DNA of 52,314 nt, from assembly GCA_030146155.1 (NCBI GenBank), contig JASLCF010000106.1, positions 1-52,314 on the forward strand, in the 5' to 3' direction. The notes under the pieces were generated by a model. That model saw nothing but the letters and a program-made list of their open reading frames with translations. It searched no databases and was not told where the DNA came from. Each line of letters begins with the position of its first letter. Position 1 is the first letter of the stretch. This document shows positions 25,573-36,588 of this stretch, piece after piece. The translations under genes and the position numbers were made by a program. Origin of the DNA: Savagea sp. Lineage in GTDB: Bacteria > Bacillota > Bacilli > Bacillales_A > Planococcaceae.

Positions 25573-27951
25573 ATGGAAGAAGTGATTTATGTTACAGGAA
25601 AACCAATCATTCAAATTTTTCATAATCCAACCAACTTTTTCACGATTCTCAAAATTAAAGTGAAAGAGACCAATGGAGATTGGAATGAAAAAGAATTGAC
25701 TGTAACAGGTAGCTTTCCGCAATTAACATTAGAGGAAAGTTATCGTTTTACAGGTCACTTCTCTAAGCACCCTAAATTTGGGCATCAATTTAATGCAGCC
25801 ACTTTTGAGAAGGAAATGCCTTCAACTGAAAGTGGCTTAGTTCATTATTTATCAGGCGAACTATTTCCAGGGATTGGAAAGAAAACAGCTCAAACCGTCA
25901 TTGATACGCTAGGGAAAAATGCCATTCAAAAAATTGTAAAGGACCCCAGTGTTTTAGATCAAGTTCCTCGCCTATCTGAAGAGCGAAAAACAGTTTTACA
26001 AACAGTTCTTCAAGAGCATTTGGGAATGGAGAAAACAATTGTTCAATTATCGGAATGGGGATTTGGTCCACAGTTAGCGATGCGAATCTATCAACGCTAT
26101 AAGGATGAAACAATCACAATTATTGAAGAGAATCCCTATCAATTAGTGTTAGAAGTAAAAGGAGTAGGCTTTCAAACTGCTGATGAATTAGGTAGACGTT
26201 TAGGGATTGAAGAGGATCATTTATCTAGGTTACAGGCGGCAATTCATATTTTATTAAATGAATATTCGATGGGGGAAGGTCATGTATACTTACCTCAAGA
26301 ACACTTATTATTTTTAACTTATGAATTGATTAGCAAACATTCCTCTGTCACTATACCAAGCGAACGATTTGTAGAAGCACTAGAACAACTCATTCAACTA
26401 GGGACCGTTATACAAGAAAATGACCGGATTTACTTACCGAGTTTATATGCCTCTGAGGTAGGGATTGCAACACATTTTGAACGAGCACTATCCGGAGAAG
26501 TGAAAGAAGTTTTCCCGCAAGCAGCAGTCACGAGTGCGATTGGAAAAGTAGAGGAGCGATTAGGTGTCAATTATGCCCGTTCACAAATTGAAGCGATAGA
26601 ACAAGCCATTCATTCTCCGTTAATGATACTAACAGGCGGTCCAGGGACAGGGAAAACAACAGTGATTCAAGGGATTGTTGAAGTATTTGCTGAATTAAGG
26701 GGTTACTCACTAGACCCTTCTACTTATGTTGGTAAAGATGAAGGGTTTCCGATTGTGCTAGCCGCACCCACAGGAAGAGCTGCTAAAAGAATGAATGAAT
26801 CCACTGGTTTACCTGCAATGACCATCCATCGCTTGCTTGGTTTTACAGGTCAGGAAGAGGAAGATGATTTTGAAGGCCGTGAAGTATCCGGAGAGTTGAT
26901 CATCATTGATGAAATGTCAATGGTTGATAATTGGCTGGCCTATCAATTAATGAAAGCCATCCCGAAAGATGCTCAGCTATTGTTGGTTGGAGACGAAGAC
27001 CAGTTACCTTCTGTAGGGCCTGGGCAAGTGTTAAAGGATTTAATTGCATCCCGAGAACTTCCAGTGATTGAGTTGACTGAAATCTTTAGGCAAAGTGAAG
27101 ACTCGAGCATCATTCAACTCGCGCATCAAATGAAGACAGATCGTCCCATTCTTGATTTAACCGCTAAAAAGAAAGACCGCTCCTTTATTCCTGCAGAGTC
27201 TTATCAAGTACCCAAAGTAGTAGAACAAATTGTTACAAGTGCGATTGAAAAAGGATTTTCGATTCAGGAAATCCAAGTATTAGCACCGATGTATCGAGGG
27301 GAAGCGGGTATTAACCGATTGAATCAACAAATCCAAGACGCAGTAAATCCAAAGTCTGAACGTGCAAGAGAACTTCAATTTGGAGAGACTGTTTATCGTG
27401 TAGGTGATAAAGTTCTTCAACTAGTGAATCAACCAGAATCAAATGTATTCAATGGAGATATTGGAGAAATCGTAGCCATTTTTTATGCCAATGAAAATGT
27501 AGATAAAAAAGATCAACTTGTTGTTCAATTTGATCAAAATGAAGTGGTTTATGAAAAAAGAGATTTGAATCAACTCACTTTAGCCTATTGCACTTCCATA
27601 CATAAAGCACAAGGAAGTGAATTTTCACTTGTCATCATGCCCATTGTAAGAGGCTTTCAAAAAATGTTGCGAAAAAATTTATTATACACTGGGATTACGC
27701 GTGCAAAACGATTTTTAATCATGGTAGGAGAAGAGTATGCATGGACGACAGGATTGACTCGTTCGGATGAATTAAATCGGTATACGACCTTAAAAGAGCG
27801 GCTAGCAGGCACGCTTTATGACGATATGCCAACTGTCTCCAATGAGGGCGAGGAAGAGACGTCCTTTGTTTTACAAATGAATCAACTCTATACAATCGAC
27901 CCAATGATAGGAATGGAAGGTGTCACTCCTTTTGATTTTTTGGAAAAGTGA
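25573..27951 (+). CDS. recD2: ATP-dependent RecD2 DNA helicase
   Basis: GIGKKTA HhH, TGGPGTGKTT, APTGRAAKR, IDEMSMVD, SIHKAQGSEF, YTGITRAK. Confidence 0.96.
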   Translation: MEEVIYVTGKPIIQIFHNPTNFFTILKIKVKETNGDWNEKELTVTGSFPQLTLEESYRFTGHFSKHPKFGHQFNAATFEKEMPSTESGLVHYLSGELFPGIGKKTAQTVIDTLGKNAIQKIVKDPSVLDQVPRLSEERKTVLQTVLQEHLGMEKTIVQLSEWGFGPQLAMRIYQRYKDETITIIEENPYQLVLEVKGVGFQTADELGRRLGIEEDHLSRLQAAIHILLNEYSMGEGHVYLPQEHLLFLTYELISKHSSVTIPSERFVEALEQLIQLGTVIQENDRIYLPSLYASEVGIATHFERALSGEVKEVFPQAAVTSAIGKVEERLGVNYARSQIEAIEQAIHSPLMILTGGPGTGKTTVIQGIVEVFAELRGYSLDPSTYVGKDEGFPIVLAAPTGRAAKRMNESTGLPAMTIHRLLGFTGQEEEDDFEGREVSGELIIIDEMSMVDNWLAYQLMKAIPKDAQLLLVGDEDQLPSVGPGQVLKDLIASRELPVIELTEIFRQSEDSSIIQLAHQMKTDRPILDLTAKKKDRSFIPAESYQVPKVVEQIVTSAIEKGFSIQEIQVLAPMYRGEAGINRLNQQIQDAVNPKSERARELQFGETVYRVGDKVLQLVNQPESNVFNGDIGEIVAIFYANENVDKKDQLVVQFDQNEVVYEKRDLNQLTLAYCTSIHKAQGSEFSLVIMPIVRGFQKMLRKNLLYTGITRAKRFLIMVGEEYAWTTGLTRSDELNRYTTLKERLAGTLYDDMPTVSNEGEEETSFVLQMNQLYTIDPMIGMEGVTPFDFLEK

Positions 27952-27952
27952 G

Positions 27953-27981
27953 TTGACACATTCTTGTTCATCTTCTATAAT
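27953..27981 (+). promoter_or_regulatory. Consensus SigA promoter of alaS leader
   Basis: TTGACA-17bp-TATAAT. Confidence 0.85.
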
Positions 27982-27998
27982 CAATTGCAAGTTCATAA

Positions 27999-28215
27999 GT
28001 TAACAAGAAGAGCCAAGTATTTAGAAAGATGTGCGTACAGAAAGAGATTGCATGGCTGAAACAATCTCCGAAACTTTTCTAAAGAAGCTACTCTCAACAA
28101 TTTGTCGGTTGTGCCGTTATCACTACTCAGAGAAATAAAAGTTGTCTTTTATTTGAATGAGGGTGGTACCACGAAATGTCTTCGTCCCTTACGTTAGAGG
28201 GAGAGGGCTTTTTTT
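27999..28215 (+). promoter_or_regulatory. T-box riboswitch (Ala) leader of alaS
   Basis: AGTA, AGAAAG, GGCTGAAA; specifier GAA-GCT-A (GCT Ala at 28087-89); GCCGTTA; T-box GGGTGGTACCACG; terminator ending about 28215. Confidence 0.93.
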
Positions 28216-28256
28216 GTTGAAAAAATCTCTAAAGAAAATAGAAAAGAGGAAGAATC

Positions 28257-30890
28257 ATGAAAAAATTAACAGCTTCAGAAATTCGTTCAATGTTTTTAAC
28301 TTATTTTAAAGAACAGCATCAACATGCGATCGAACCATCAGCACCACTTGTGCCAATCAATGATGACTCATTACTGTGGATCAATAGTGGGGTGGCAACA
28401 TTAAAGAAATATTTTGACGGTCGAGTTGTGCCAGATAACCCGAGAATTGTAAATGCCCAAAAATCAATTCGTACAAATGATATTGAGAATGTTGGAAAGA
28501 CTGCACGTCACCATACATTCTTTGAAATGTTAGGTAACTTTTCAATTGGAGATTATTTTAAAAAAGAAGCGATTATTTATGCGTGGGACTTTTTAACAAA
28601 TAAAGAGTGGATTGGCTTTGATCCTGACTTGTTGTATGTCACTATACACCCAGAAGATGATGAAGCTTACCGCATTTGGATTGAAGAAGTAGGCTTATCC
28701 AAAGAGCGTATTATCCGATTAGAAGGTAACTTCTGGGATATTGGAGAAGGTCCAAGTGGTCCTAACTCTGAAATCTTTTACGACCGTGGTCCAACTTATG
28801 GAGATGATTTCTCTGACCCAGAATTATATCCAGGTGGAGAAAACGAACGTTATTTAGAGATTTGGAATTTAGTTTTCTCTGAGTTTAACCATAATCCAGA
28901 TGGAACGTACACGCCACTTCCAAAACAAAATATTGATACAGGTATGGGATTAGAACGTATGGCATCGGTCATTCAAGATGTACCAACGAATTTTGAAACG
29001 GATTTGTTTATGCCAATTATTCAAGAAGTTGAAAAGATGTCAGGTGTTCAATATGGTCAAAATGAAGCACATGATATTGCATTTAAAGTCATTGCGGATC
29101 ATATTCGTACGGTTGCGTTTGCAATCGGTGACGGTGCTTTGCCATCGAATGAGGGTCGTGGATATGTATTACGTCGTTTGCTACGAAGAGCTGTCCGTTT
29201 TGCTAAACAAATTCAATTAAACGAAGCATTTATGTATCGTTTAGTGCCAACAGTTGGCGAGATAATGAAAGACTTTTACCCAACCGTTAGTGAGAAAGAA
29301 GCATTTATTCAAAAAGTGGTTAAAAATGAAGAGGATCGTTTCCACGAAACATTGAACGATGGCTTGGCTATTTTGGAACAAATCATTGAAAAAGAAAAGA
29401 ATACCGAGCATCCGACGGTTTCGGGTAAAGATGCGTTTACTTTATATGATACGTACGGCTTCCCATTTGAATTGACTGAGGAATATGCAGAAGAGGCAGG
29501 GTTAGCAATCGATTTAAAAGGTTTCCAAGAAGAAATGGAAGCACAAAGAAATCGAGCGAGAGCAGCGCGTCAAGATGTAGATTCTATGCATGTTCAATCT
29601 GAGGTACTTAATCGTTTAACAGAAGACAGCACGTTTGTAGGGTATGATACTTTGCAGACAGAAACACAGCTGGTCGCGATGATTGCAGAAGGAGTTCGTG
29701 TGGAACGCATTGAAGAAGGAATGGAAGCGCAAGTTTTATTAGCGGAAACACCATTCTATGCGGAAAGTGGTGGACAAATTGCAGACCGTGGTGTGATTCA
29801 GTCTGTGAATGGTACAGCTGAAGTTATCGATGTTCAGAAAGCTCCAAATGGTCAACATTTGCATCGCGTAAAAGTAGTGGCAGGAGAATTGGTTGTTTCG
29901 GAAAATGTGAAGGCAGAAGTAGACCGTTCTAACCGAAAAGCAATTGTGAAGAATCATACAGCAACTCACTTATTACACAAAGCATTAAAAGAAGTACTCG
30001 GTGAACATGTAAATCAAGCTGGTTCTTATGTTGGACCTGATCGTCTCCGTTTTGACTTTTCTCATTTTGGACAAGTCACGAAAGAAGAGTTAGCGATTAT
30101 TGAACAAAAAGTAAATGATCAAATCTGGAATGATTTATCTGTAACGATTGGAAGTCATTCAATTGACGAAGCGAAAGCAATGGGAGCAATGGCATTATTT
30201 GGCGAAAAATATGGTGACGTTGTACGTGTTGTTTCAGTAGGAGATTATTCATTAGAACTTTGTGGGGGTGTGCACGTTTCAACTACGAGTGAAATTGGCT
30301 TATTCATTTTAGAAAGTGAAGGTGGAATTGGTGCTGGTACACGTCGTATCGAAGCTATCACAGGTGAGAAAGCATTCAATTACTTAAAAGAACAACAACA
30401 AACACTTCGTCAAGTTGCACAAACCATTAAATCAAATGAAAACAATGTGATTCAAAAAGCAGAGCAACTGCTTGGTGAATTAAAAGAATTGAAGAAAGAA
30501 AATGAATCTTTACAAGCTAAATTAGGTAACAGCCAAGTAGATGAGCTTCTTCAACAAGCTGAGGAAATCGATGGCATGAAAGTCATTGCGGCAAAAGTAG
30601 AGGCGAAAGATAATGGAGCATTACGTCAAATGATTGACGAATTAAAACAAAAAGAAGAAGGCTTAGTCATTGTTTTAGGTGCTGTTCATGAAGGAAAAGT
30701 CATGTTGGCGGCAGGTGTGTCTAAAGAATTAACAAAGCAAGTTCAAGCGGGTAAAGTTGTGAACCACGTCGCGACACAGTGTGATGGCCGTGGTGGTGGT
30801 CGCCCAGACCTCGCAATGGCAGGAGCAAAAGACCCTTCACAATTGGATGCAGCATTAGAATCTGTCATTCCATACGTCAAATCTATTTAA
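28257..30890 (+). CDS. alaS: Alanine--tRNA ligase
   Basis: [51 protein letters not shown]. Confidence 0.98.
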   Translation: MKKLTASEIRSMFLTYFKEQHQHAIEPSAPLVPINDDSLLWINSGVATLKKYFDGRVVPDNPRIVNAQKSIRTNDIENVGKTARHHTFFEMLGNFSIGDYFKKEAIIYAWDFLTNKEWIGFDPDLLYVTIHPEDDEAYRIWIEEVGLSKERIIRLEGNFWDIGEGPSGPNSEIFYDRGPTYGDDFSDPELYPGGENERYLEIWNLVFSEFNHNPDGTYTPLPKQNIDTGMGLERMASVIQDVPTNFETDLFMPIIQEVEKMSGVQYGQNEAHDIAFKVIADHIRTVAFAIGDGALPSNEGRGYVLRRLLRRAVRFAKQIQLNEAFMYRLVPTVGEIMKDFYPTVSEKEAFIQKVVKNEEDRFHETLNDGLAILEQIIEKEKNTEHPTVSGKDAFTLYDTYGFPFELTEEYAEEAGLAIDLKGFQEEMEAQRNRARAARQDVDSMHVQSEVLNRLTEDSTFVGYDTLQTETQLVAMIAEGVRVERIEEGMEAQVLLAETPFYAESGGQIADRGVIQSVNGTAEVIDVQKAPNGQHLHRVKVVAGELVVSENVKAEVDRSNRKAIVKNHTATHLLHKALKEVLGEHVNQAGSYVGPDRLRFDFSHFGQVTKEELAIIEQKVNDQIWNDLSVTIGSHSIDEAKAMGAMALFGEKYGDVVRVVSVGDYSLELCGGVHVSTTSEIGLFILESEGGIGAGTRRIEAITGEKAFNYLKEQQQTLRQVAQTIKSNENNVIQKAEQLLGELKELKKENESLQAKLGNSQVDELLQQAEEIDGMKVIAAKVEAKDNGALRQMIDELKQKEEGLVIVLGAVHEGKVMLAAGVSKELTKQVQAGKVVNHVATQCDGRGGGRPDLAMAGAKDPSQLDAALESVIPYVKSI

Positions 30891-30967
30891 CTCTTGTGTC
30901 TTTTCAGTTATACTAGGGAAGAGAAAAGAATTCTTTCGTAGAATGATTTGAAAGTGAGGTGTTCACT

Positions 30968-31240
30968 ATGAATTCACATGATCAAACAATGAAATATAAT
31001 TTTCCAGATGATTCAAAAGGTGTAGAAGTTGAGCGAGTGCTCCTTCAGGTGAATAATGCATTAACGGATCGTGGCTATAATCCAATCAATCAAATTGTTG
31101 GTTACTTATTGTCAGGAGACCCTGCCTATATCCCTCGAAATGACGATGCAAGAACATTGATGCGGAAGTTAGAGAGAGATGAAATCATTGAAGAGCTCGT
31201 GAAGTTTTATATTCGAGAACACGGAGGCAAGATGTCTTGA
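30968..31240 (+). CDS. reoM: IreB/ReoM-family regulatory phosphoprotein (YrzL)
   Basis: DQTM with Thr7, [25 protein letters not shown] 30968 after GAGGTG. Confidence 0.93.
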   Translation: MNSHDQTMKYNFPDDSKGVEVERVLLQVNNALTDRGYNPINQIVGYLLSGDPAYIPRNDDARTLMRKLERDEIIEELVKFYIREHGGKMS

Positions 31241-31653
31241 AAATAATGGGACTCGATGTCGGTTCGAAGACAGTTGGCGTTGCAATTAGTGACGCTTTCG
31301 GTTGGACGGCTCAAGGCATTGAAACGATTCAAGTGGATGAGGCAGCTGAAGACTTTGGTTTAGACCGGATTGAAGAGCTTGTAAAAGAGTATCAAGTGAC
31401 TTCATTTGTCGTAGGCTATCCTAAAAATATGAATAACTCGATTGGACCGAGGGGCGAAGCGAGCGAGAGATACGCACGCATGTTGGAGGAACATTTCCAC
31501 AAAGAAGTCGTCCTTTGGGATGAACGATTATCCACAATGGCTGCAGAACGCTTATTAATCGAAGCGGATGTAAGTCGAAGTAAGCGAAAAAAAGTAATCG
31601 ATAAAATGGCTGCAGTAATGATATTACAAGGCTATCTCGATTCGAAAAACTAA
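31237..31653 (+). CDS. ruvX: YqgF/RuvX RNase H-like nuclease (pre-16S rRNA nuclease)
   Basis: [37 protein letters not shown]. Confidence 0.95.
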   Translation: MKIMGLDVGSKTVGVAISDAFGWTAQGIETIQVDEAAEDFGLDRIEELVKEYQVTSFVVGYPKNMNNSIGPRGEASERYARMLEEHFHKEVVLWDERLSTMAAERLLIEADVSRSKRKKVIDKMAAVMILQGYLDSKN

Positions 31654-31665
31654 GAGGTGACCGTA

Positions 31666-31965
31666 ATGGAACACGGAGAAAAAACAATGACAATCGTAGA
31701 CGAACACGGTAATGAACATGTATGTGAAGTAATTTTAACTTTTGATTCACCACAACCAGAGAAATTTGACCGTTCATACGTGGTTTACCATGTACTAAGT
31801 GACGATAAAGAACAAAACGATGATGATCAAATTGAAATTCATGCATCAGCATTTATTCCTTCTGAAACAGGCGATGGTGATTTACTACCAATCGAATCTG
31901 ATGAAGAATGGGATATGGTTGAAGAAGTAGTCGGTGCATTTTTAGACGAAGAAGACGAAGAATAA
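31666..31965 (+). CDS. DUF1292 protein (YrzB-like)
   Basis: [23 protein letters not shown]; synteny after ruvX. Confidence 0.88.
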   Translation: MEHGEKTMTIVDEHGNEHVCEVILTFDSPQPEKFDRSYVVYHVLSDDKEQNDDDQIEIHASAFIPSETGDGDLLPIESDEEWDMVEEVVGAFLDEEDEE

Positions 31966-31973
31966 TAATTCGT

Positions 31974-32008
31974 AAGGACGGAACGGATTCTCGTTCCGTC
32001 TTTCATTT
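31974..32008 (+). terminator. Intrinsic terminator
   Basis: aaggacggaacg-gattct-cgttccgtcttt. Confidence 0.7.
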
Positions 32009-32029
32009 ATGAATGAGGTGAACCAATAC

Positions 32030-33154
32030 ATGAGTGAAAAGAAAAACATTCCTACCGAAACAATTGAGTTTGAATTGAAAAAGAAAGATGCGCGATTAGT
32101 GAGAAGAGTTGTTTTACTCATTGTACTTATCGTATTGTTGGTTGGTTCAATTGTAGGGTTGATCGGTTATAATTATGTTTCAAAAGGATTAAAACCATTA
32201 GATGAAAAAAGTGAAGAAAAAATTGAGGTTGAAGTGCCTATTGGGTCTGGACTGACGCTGATTGCTAATTTATTAGAGGAAAAGAAAGTGATTAAAGATG
32301 CACGAATCTTTAAGTATTATGCGAAGTTTAACAACGAATCAAGTTTCCAAGCAGGAACCTATACGTTATCTCCTGCTATGACACATGACGAACTCATTGA
32401 AAGTTTAAAAACAGGAAAAGTCTATAGAGAGCCTGTCTTTAAAGTAACGATTCCTGAGGGACTTAAAATTGAGGAAATTGCTCGCATCATCGAAAAGAAT
32501 ACGACCATTTCAGAGCAGGAATTTGTTTCTTATGTGAACAATCCAGAAGTGATTCAACAACTAATGACCGACTATCCGACTCTTTTAACTGAAGCTATTT
32601 TGAATGAACAAGTTAGAACACCATTAGAAGGTTACCTATTCCCAGCAACATATCCATTTTATGAAGAGGAACCAACGATTGAAACTGTCGTACATACGAT
32701 GTTAGACGCCACTTTAGAAAATGTAACGCCTTATATGAACTATTTGGAAGAAAACGATAAAACGGTTCACTGGTTGCTTACCTTCTCTTCACTACTTGAA
32801 AAGGAAGCTACACAAAAAGCAGACCGTAAGAAAATTGCAAGTGTGTTTTATAACCGTATGAAAGTTGATATGCCACTTCAAACCGATCCAACGGTTCTGT
32901 ATGCATTAGGCGAGCATAAGGATAAAGTACTGTTAAAAGATTTAGAAGTGCAAAATCCTTATAACACGTATCAAAATAAGGGATTACCACCAGGGCCGAT
33001 TGCAAATGCGGGAGCTTCTTCAATTGAGGCAGTAGTGAGTCCTGATGAAACAGATTATATTTATTTCCTTGCTGATAAAACAGGTGAAAACCATTTTACC
33101 AATTCTTATGAACAACATCTTTTAAACAAAAAGAAATATATTGATTCGGAGTAA
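32030..33154 (+). CDS. mltG: Endolytic transglycosylase MltG
   Basis: N-terminal TM, TIPEG, LEGYLFPATY, SLLEKEA, LQTDPTV, YNTY...GLPPGPI. Confidence 0.95.
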   Translation: MSEKKNIPTETIEFELKKKDARLVRRVVLLIVLIVLLVGSIVGLIGYNYVSKGLKPLDEKSEEKIEVEVPIGSGLTLIANLLEEKKVIKDARIFKYYAKFNNESSFQAGTYTLSPAMTHDELIESLKTGKVYREPVFKVTIPEGLKIEEIARIIEKNTTISEQEFVSYVNNPEVIQQLMTDYPTLLTEAILNEQVRTPLEGYLFPATYPFYEEEPTIETVVHTMLDATLENVTPYMNYLEENDKTVHWLLTFSSLLEKEATQKADRKKIASVFYNRMKVDMPLQTDPTVLYALGEHKDKVLLKDLEVQNPYNTYQNKGLPPGPIANAGASSIEAVVSPDETDYIYFLADKTGENHFTNSYEQHLLNKKKYIDSE

Positions 33155-33163
33155 GTGATAGCT

Positions 33164-33802
33164 ATGAAAAAAGCAATAACTGCTCCTGTAGAAAAGTCTC
33201 CATTGATTCAATCAATGGAGACTTATGCAGTGGAGCATCATATACCGATTATGGATGAAGAAGGGTTAAGAACACTAGTCACCTTGTTAAGCGTTCAAAA
33301 GCCAACTCATTTATTTGAAATTGGTACTGCAATCGGCTATTCAGCAATTCGTTTAGCAGTTGCATTTCCAAATTTAAAAATCACAACGATTGAACGGGAT
33401 GAAGTCCGTTATCTTGAAGCTATAAATAATATTCAAAAAGCAGGACTTGCACATCGTATTACTTGTATTCATCAAGATGCCCTTACGCTTGATATCGAGC
33501 CGTATAAACACCAGTATGACGCCCTGTTTATTGATGCTGCTAAAGGTCAATATCACAACTTCTTTCAACATTATGAAGAAGTGATTCATCAAGAAGGGGT
33601 TATTTATTGTGATAATATTTTGATGAGTGGTCAAACAGAGTTACCATTAGACCAAATTCCTCGAAGAAACCGAACGATGATTCGCAATTTACAACAATTT
33701 ATTTTGGAGATGCACGACCACCCACGCTTTGACTGTTCCATCCTATACGCGGGTGATGGCGTATTGGTCGCTGTTAAAAAGACGGGAGAGAACAAAGCAT
33801 GA
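33164..33802 (+). CDS. trmR: O-methyltransferase, tRNA 5-hydroxyuridine methyltransferase (YrrM/TrmR)
   Basis: [26 protein letters not shown]; synteny between mltG and udk. Confidence 0.85.
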   Translation: MKKAITAPVEKSPLIQSMETYAVEHHIPIMDEEGLRTLVTLLSVQKPTHLFEIGTAIGYSAIRLAVAFPNLKITTIERDEVRYLEAINNIQKAGLAHRITCIHQDALTLDIEPYKHQYDALFIDAAKGQYHNFFQHYEEVIHQEGVIYCDNILMSGQTELPLDQIPRRNRTMIRNLQQFILEMHDHPRFDCSILYAGDGVLVAVKKTGENKA

Positions 33803-34431
33803 CAAATAAAAAACCACTCGTAATAGGGATTGCTGGAGGGTCTGGTTCGGGTAAAACAACAGTAACTAAAAAGGTATTTGAAGTATTTAGAAAACATTCT
33901 GTTGTTGTGATTGAACAAGATTATTACTATAAGGATCAATCACATTTACCTTTCGAAAAACGTCTAGAGACGAATTATGATCATCCATTTGCATTCGATA
34001 ATGATTTATTTATTGAACAAATTGAACAACTATTACGTTATGAAGCAGTAGAAACACCTACTTATGACTACTCACAACATACACGTGCACAAGAAACAAG
34101 ATTAATTGAACCACGTGATGTGTTAATATTAGAAGGTATGCTTATTTTAGATGACCCTCGCATTCGCGAACTAATGGATATTAAAATATATGTGGATACG
34201 GATGCTGATTTAAGAATTTTGAGAAGAATTACGAGAGATATGAAAGAAAGAGATCGTAGTTTACAATCAATTATTGATCAGTATGTAGACGTTGTACGCC
34301 CAATGCATAATCAATTTATTGAACCAACGAAAAGATATGCTGATATTATTGTTCCTGAGGGAGGACAAAATGAGGTCGCAATTGACCTGATTGTAACAAA
34401 AATCAAATCTATTGTTGAAATTGACAAGTAG
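33799..34431 (+). CDS. udk: Uridine kinase
   Basis: [33 protein letters not shown]. Confidence 0.97.
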   Translation: MTNKKPLVIGIAGGSGSGKTTVTKKVFEVFRKHSVVVIEQDYYYKDQSHLPFEKRLETNYDHPFAFDNDLFIEQIEQLLRYEAVETPTYDYSQHTRAQETRLIEPRDVLILEGMLILDDPRIRELMDIKIYVDTDADLRILRRITRDMKERDRSLQSIIDQYVDVVRPMHNQFIEPTKRYADIIVPEGGQNEVAIDLIVTKIKSIVEIDK

Positions 34432-34443
34432 TTGTACTATGAT
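34415..34443 (+). promoter_or_regulatory. Putative SigA promoter of greA
   Basis: TTGAAA-17bp-TATGAT overlapping the end of udk. Confidence 0.55.
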
Positions 34444-34475
34444 GTTGTCATTATATGAAAATAAAATAGCGTGAG

Positions 34476-34519
34476 ACACTATGTCGCCTTCTTGTTATCA
34501 GGAGCGGCATAGTGTTTTT
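34476..34519 (+). terminator. Terminator-like hairpin in the greA leader
   Basis: acactatgtcgc...gcggcatagtgt followed by tttt. Confidence 0.65.
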
Positions 34520-34544
34520 ATGAATAACTTTAGGAGGAAACAAG

Positions 34545-35021
34545 ATGTCACAAGAAAAAACATTCCCAATGACAGAAGCGGGAAAACAGAAATTAGAAGA
34601 AGAATTAGAATATTTAAAAACAGTGAAGAGAAAAGAAGTAGTAGAGCGTATTAAAATTGCAAGAAGTTATGGCGATCTTTCAGAGAACTCTGAGTATGAT
34701 TCAGCTAAAGAAGATCAAGCTTTCGTCGAAGGGAAGATTTCATCAATTGAATCCATGATTCGAAATGCTGTTATTATTAATGAATCTGAGCTACAAGAAG
34801 GCGAAATTGGCTTAGGGAAAACAGTGATTTTTAAAGAATTGCCAGATGGTTTTGAAGAAGAGTACACAATCGTTGGTTCAGCAGAAGCAGACCCACTAGA
34901 AGGATTAATTTCTAATGACTCGCCAATCGCGAAAGCATTAATTGGTCATAAAAAAGGTGATGAAGTGAAGATAAATACACCAGGCGGTATTATGAATGTA
35001 GTCATCCTAGACGTAAAATAA
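34545..35021 (+). CDS. greA: Transcription elongation factor GreA
   Basis: [37 protein letters not shown]. Confidence 0.98.
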   Translation: MSQEKTFPMTEAGKQKLEEELEYLKTVKRKEVVERIKIARSYGDLSENSEYDSAKEDQAFVEGKISSIESMIRNAVIINESELQEGEIGLGKTVIFKELPDGFEEEYTIVGSAEADPLEGLISNDSPIAKALIGHKKGDEVKINTPGGIMNVVILDVK

Positions 35022-35073
35022 GTCCTCTCCATGTACAAGGCAGAAAGTAACTCGTCAAAAAGGTGTGAGACAC

Positions 35074-35655
35074 ATGAGCGAACATAATTCTCGGAGCGAG
35101 CAACGAAGAAAGAGACAAAATAAGAAGTTAAATGTATTGATTACCCTCGTAGTTGTTGCTTTACTCATTGCGATAACCATTGTGATTAAAATTGATTTAG
35201 GTGTCCCTGAACAAGCGACTCCACCTGAAAAAGAAACGACTGATTCAACCACCTCAGAAAATCAAATAAAAGAGGATGAACCCTCTGTTGAGACACAACC
35301 TGGTGTTGTTTCTCAGAAAAATGAAGATGAGAACAGTGTTGTGATTGAGACCATTGTCGATGCAGGATGGGAACCGATAGGCACAGTTCAGACTGGCCCA
35401 CATGAATCGAAATATGATGGTGTTTCAGATGATTGGAAAGAGAAAAAGAAAGCGATTGCTTATGCAACAATGATTGACGAGGATGACCTCATTTATTGGA
35501 AAATCAAAAATGGGGGAAGTATTCACCATTCAATTGGGATTGTATCGACTTTCGATGAGAGTAAGATGTATCAAGTTTACCTTGAGTGGGTAGATAATGA
35601 AGGTTGGAAACCAGTAAAATTAGAAGTATTGAGAACATTGGCATTTGATTATTAA
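35074..35655 (+). CDS. yrrS: YrrS/DUF1510 family membrane-anchored protein
   Basis: Basic N-terminus and TM, WEPIGTVQTG, YQVYLEWVDNEGWKPVK. Confidence 0.85.
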   Translation: MSEHNSRSEQRRKRQNKKLNVLITLVVVALLIAITIVIKIDLGVPEQATPPEKETTDSTTSENQIKEDEPSVETQPGVVSQKNEDENSVVIETIVDAGWEPIGTVQTGPHESKYDGVSDDWKEKKKAIAYATMIDEDDLIYWKIKNGGSIHHSIGIVSTFDESKMYQVYLEWVDNEGWKPVKLEVLRTLAFDY

Positions 35656-35669
35656 GTAGGAGGAAAACA

Positions 35670-36362
35670 ATGAAAATAGGTATCATCGGCGCTATGGAAC
35701 AAGAAGTTGAAATCCTACGTGCAGCAATTGAGCACCCAACAGTTCAAACGATTGCAAATTGTGAGTTTGTTTCTGGGAAATTGGGTGCACATGAAGTGAT
35801 TTTAGTTAAAAGTGGCATTGGTAAAGTAAATGCGGCTTTATCTACTGCGATTCTTTTACAACAGTTCGCACCAGAAATCGTCCTGAATACTGGTTCTGCA
35901 GGTGGATTTAAAAAAGGCCTCGCTGTAGGAACGGTAGTCATTTCTGATGAAGTCATTCATCATGACGTAGATGCCACAGTGTTTGGTTATGCAATAGGTC
36001 AGGTGCCTCAAATGCCTGCAACTTACCAATCAGATCAAAAACTGATTGAATTATCTAAACAAGCGGTCAATGAAATCGGTCAACATGCCTATGAAGTAGG
36101 GCAAATTGCAACAGGTGACTCTTTCATGTCTGATCCTATCAGAGTGAATCGTGTGAAAGAACAATTTCCTAAGATGATTGCAGCTGAAATGGAAGCAGCA
36201 GCAATTGCACAAGTCTGCCATCAGTTTGGGACACGTTTTGTTGTCATTCGTGCACTATCAGATATCGCTGGAGAACAATCAGAAATCAGCTTTGATGAAT
36301 TTTTACCTGTTGCTGCGAAACATTCGTCGGCAATCGTATTGAATGTTCTCTCGAAATTGTAA
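35670..36362 (+). CDS. mtnN: 5'-methylthioadenosine/S-adenosylhomocysteine nucleosidase
   Basis: IGIIGAMEQEV, SGIGKVNAA, TGDSF, EMEAAAIAQ, RALSDIAG. Confidence 0.97.
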   Translation: MKIGIIGAMEQEVEILRAAIEHPTVQTIANCEFVSGKLGAHEVILVKSGIGKVNAALSTAILLQQFAPEIVLNTGSAGGFKKGLAVGTVVISDEVIHHDVDATVFGYAIGQVPQMPATYQSDQKLIELSKQAVNEIGQHAYEVGQIATGDSFMSDPIRVNRVKEQFPKMIAAEMEAAAIAQVCHQFGTRFVVIRALSDIAGEQSEISFDEFLPVAAKHSSAIVLNVLSKL

Positions 36363-36379
36363 TCATTTCATGGTAGACT
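36351..36379 (+). promoter_or_regulatory. Putative SigA promoter of the 26-aa small ORF
   Basis: TCGAAA-17bp-TAGACT with extended TG at 36371-72. Confidence 0.45.
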
Positions 36380-36410
36380 AGGTATAAGATATTGATCAGG
36401 AGGGATAGCT

Positions 36411-36491
36411 GTGGTCTATTTATTAACAGGAATCTTTTTATTCTCTACACTTTTGACAACTATTATTGCTGTTCAAAACAGAGAAGCTTAA
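36411..36491 (+). CDS. Unannotated 26-aa single-pass membrane microprotein MVYLLTGIFLFSTLLTTIIAVQNREA
   Basis: Translated by hand: AGGAGGG RBS 36398-404, GTG start, TAA stop, about 20 hydrophobic residues; flanked by promoter and terminator; below the ORF-track size cutoff. Confidence 0.65.
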   Translation: MVYLLTGIFLFSTLLTTIIAVQNREA

Positions 36492-36499
36492 TGATGTTT

Positions 36500-36550
36500 G
36501 GGGACGTTTCCGTCAATGAGGCTAGCCTCACTACGGGACGTCTTTTTCTC
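36500..36550 (+). terminator. Intrinsic terminator after the small ORF
   Basis: gggacgtttccgt..tgaggc-ta-gcctca..acgggacgtct followed by T run. Confidence 0.7.
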
Positions 36551-36588
36551 TTTTATACGAACATTTAACGAATAGAGAATGATGGAGG

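Noticed and set aside
36558..36571. CGAACATTTAACGA as a LexA box upstream of yqeG
   Set aside because: Only the left half-site matches; the GTTC half is absent.
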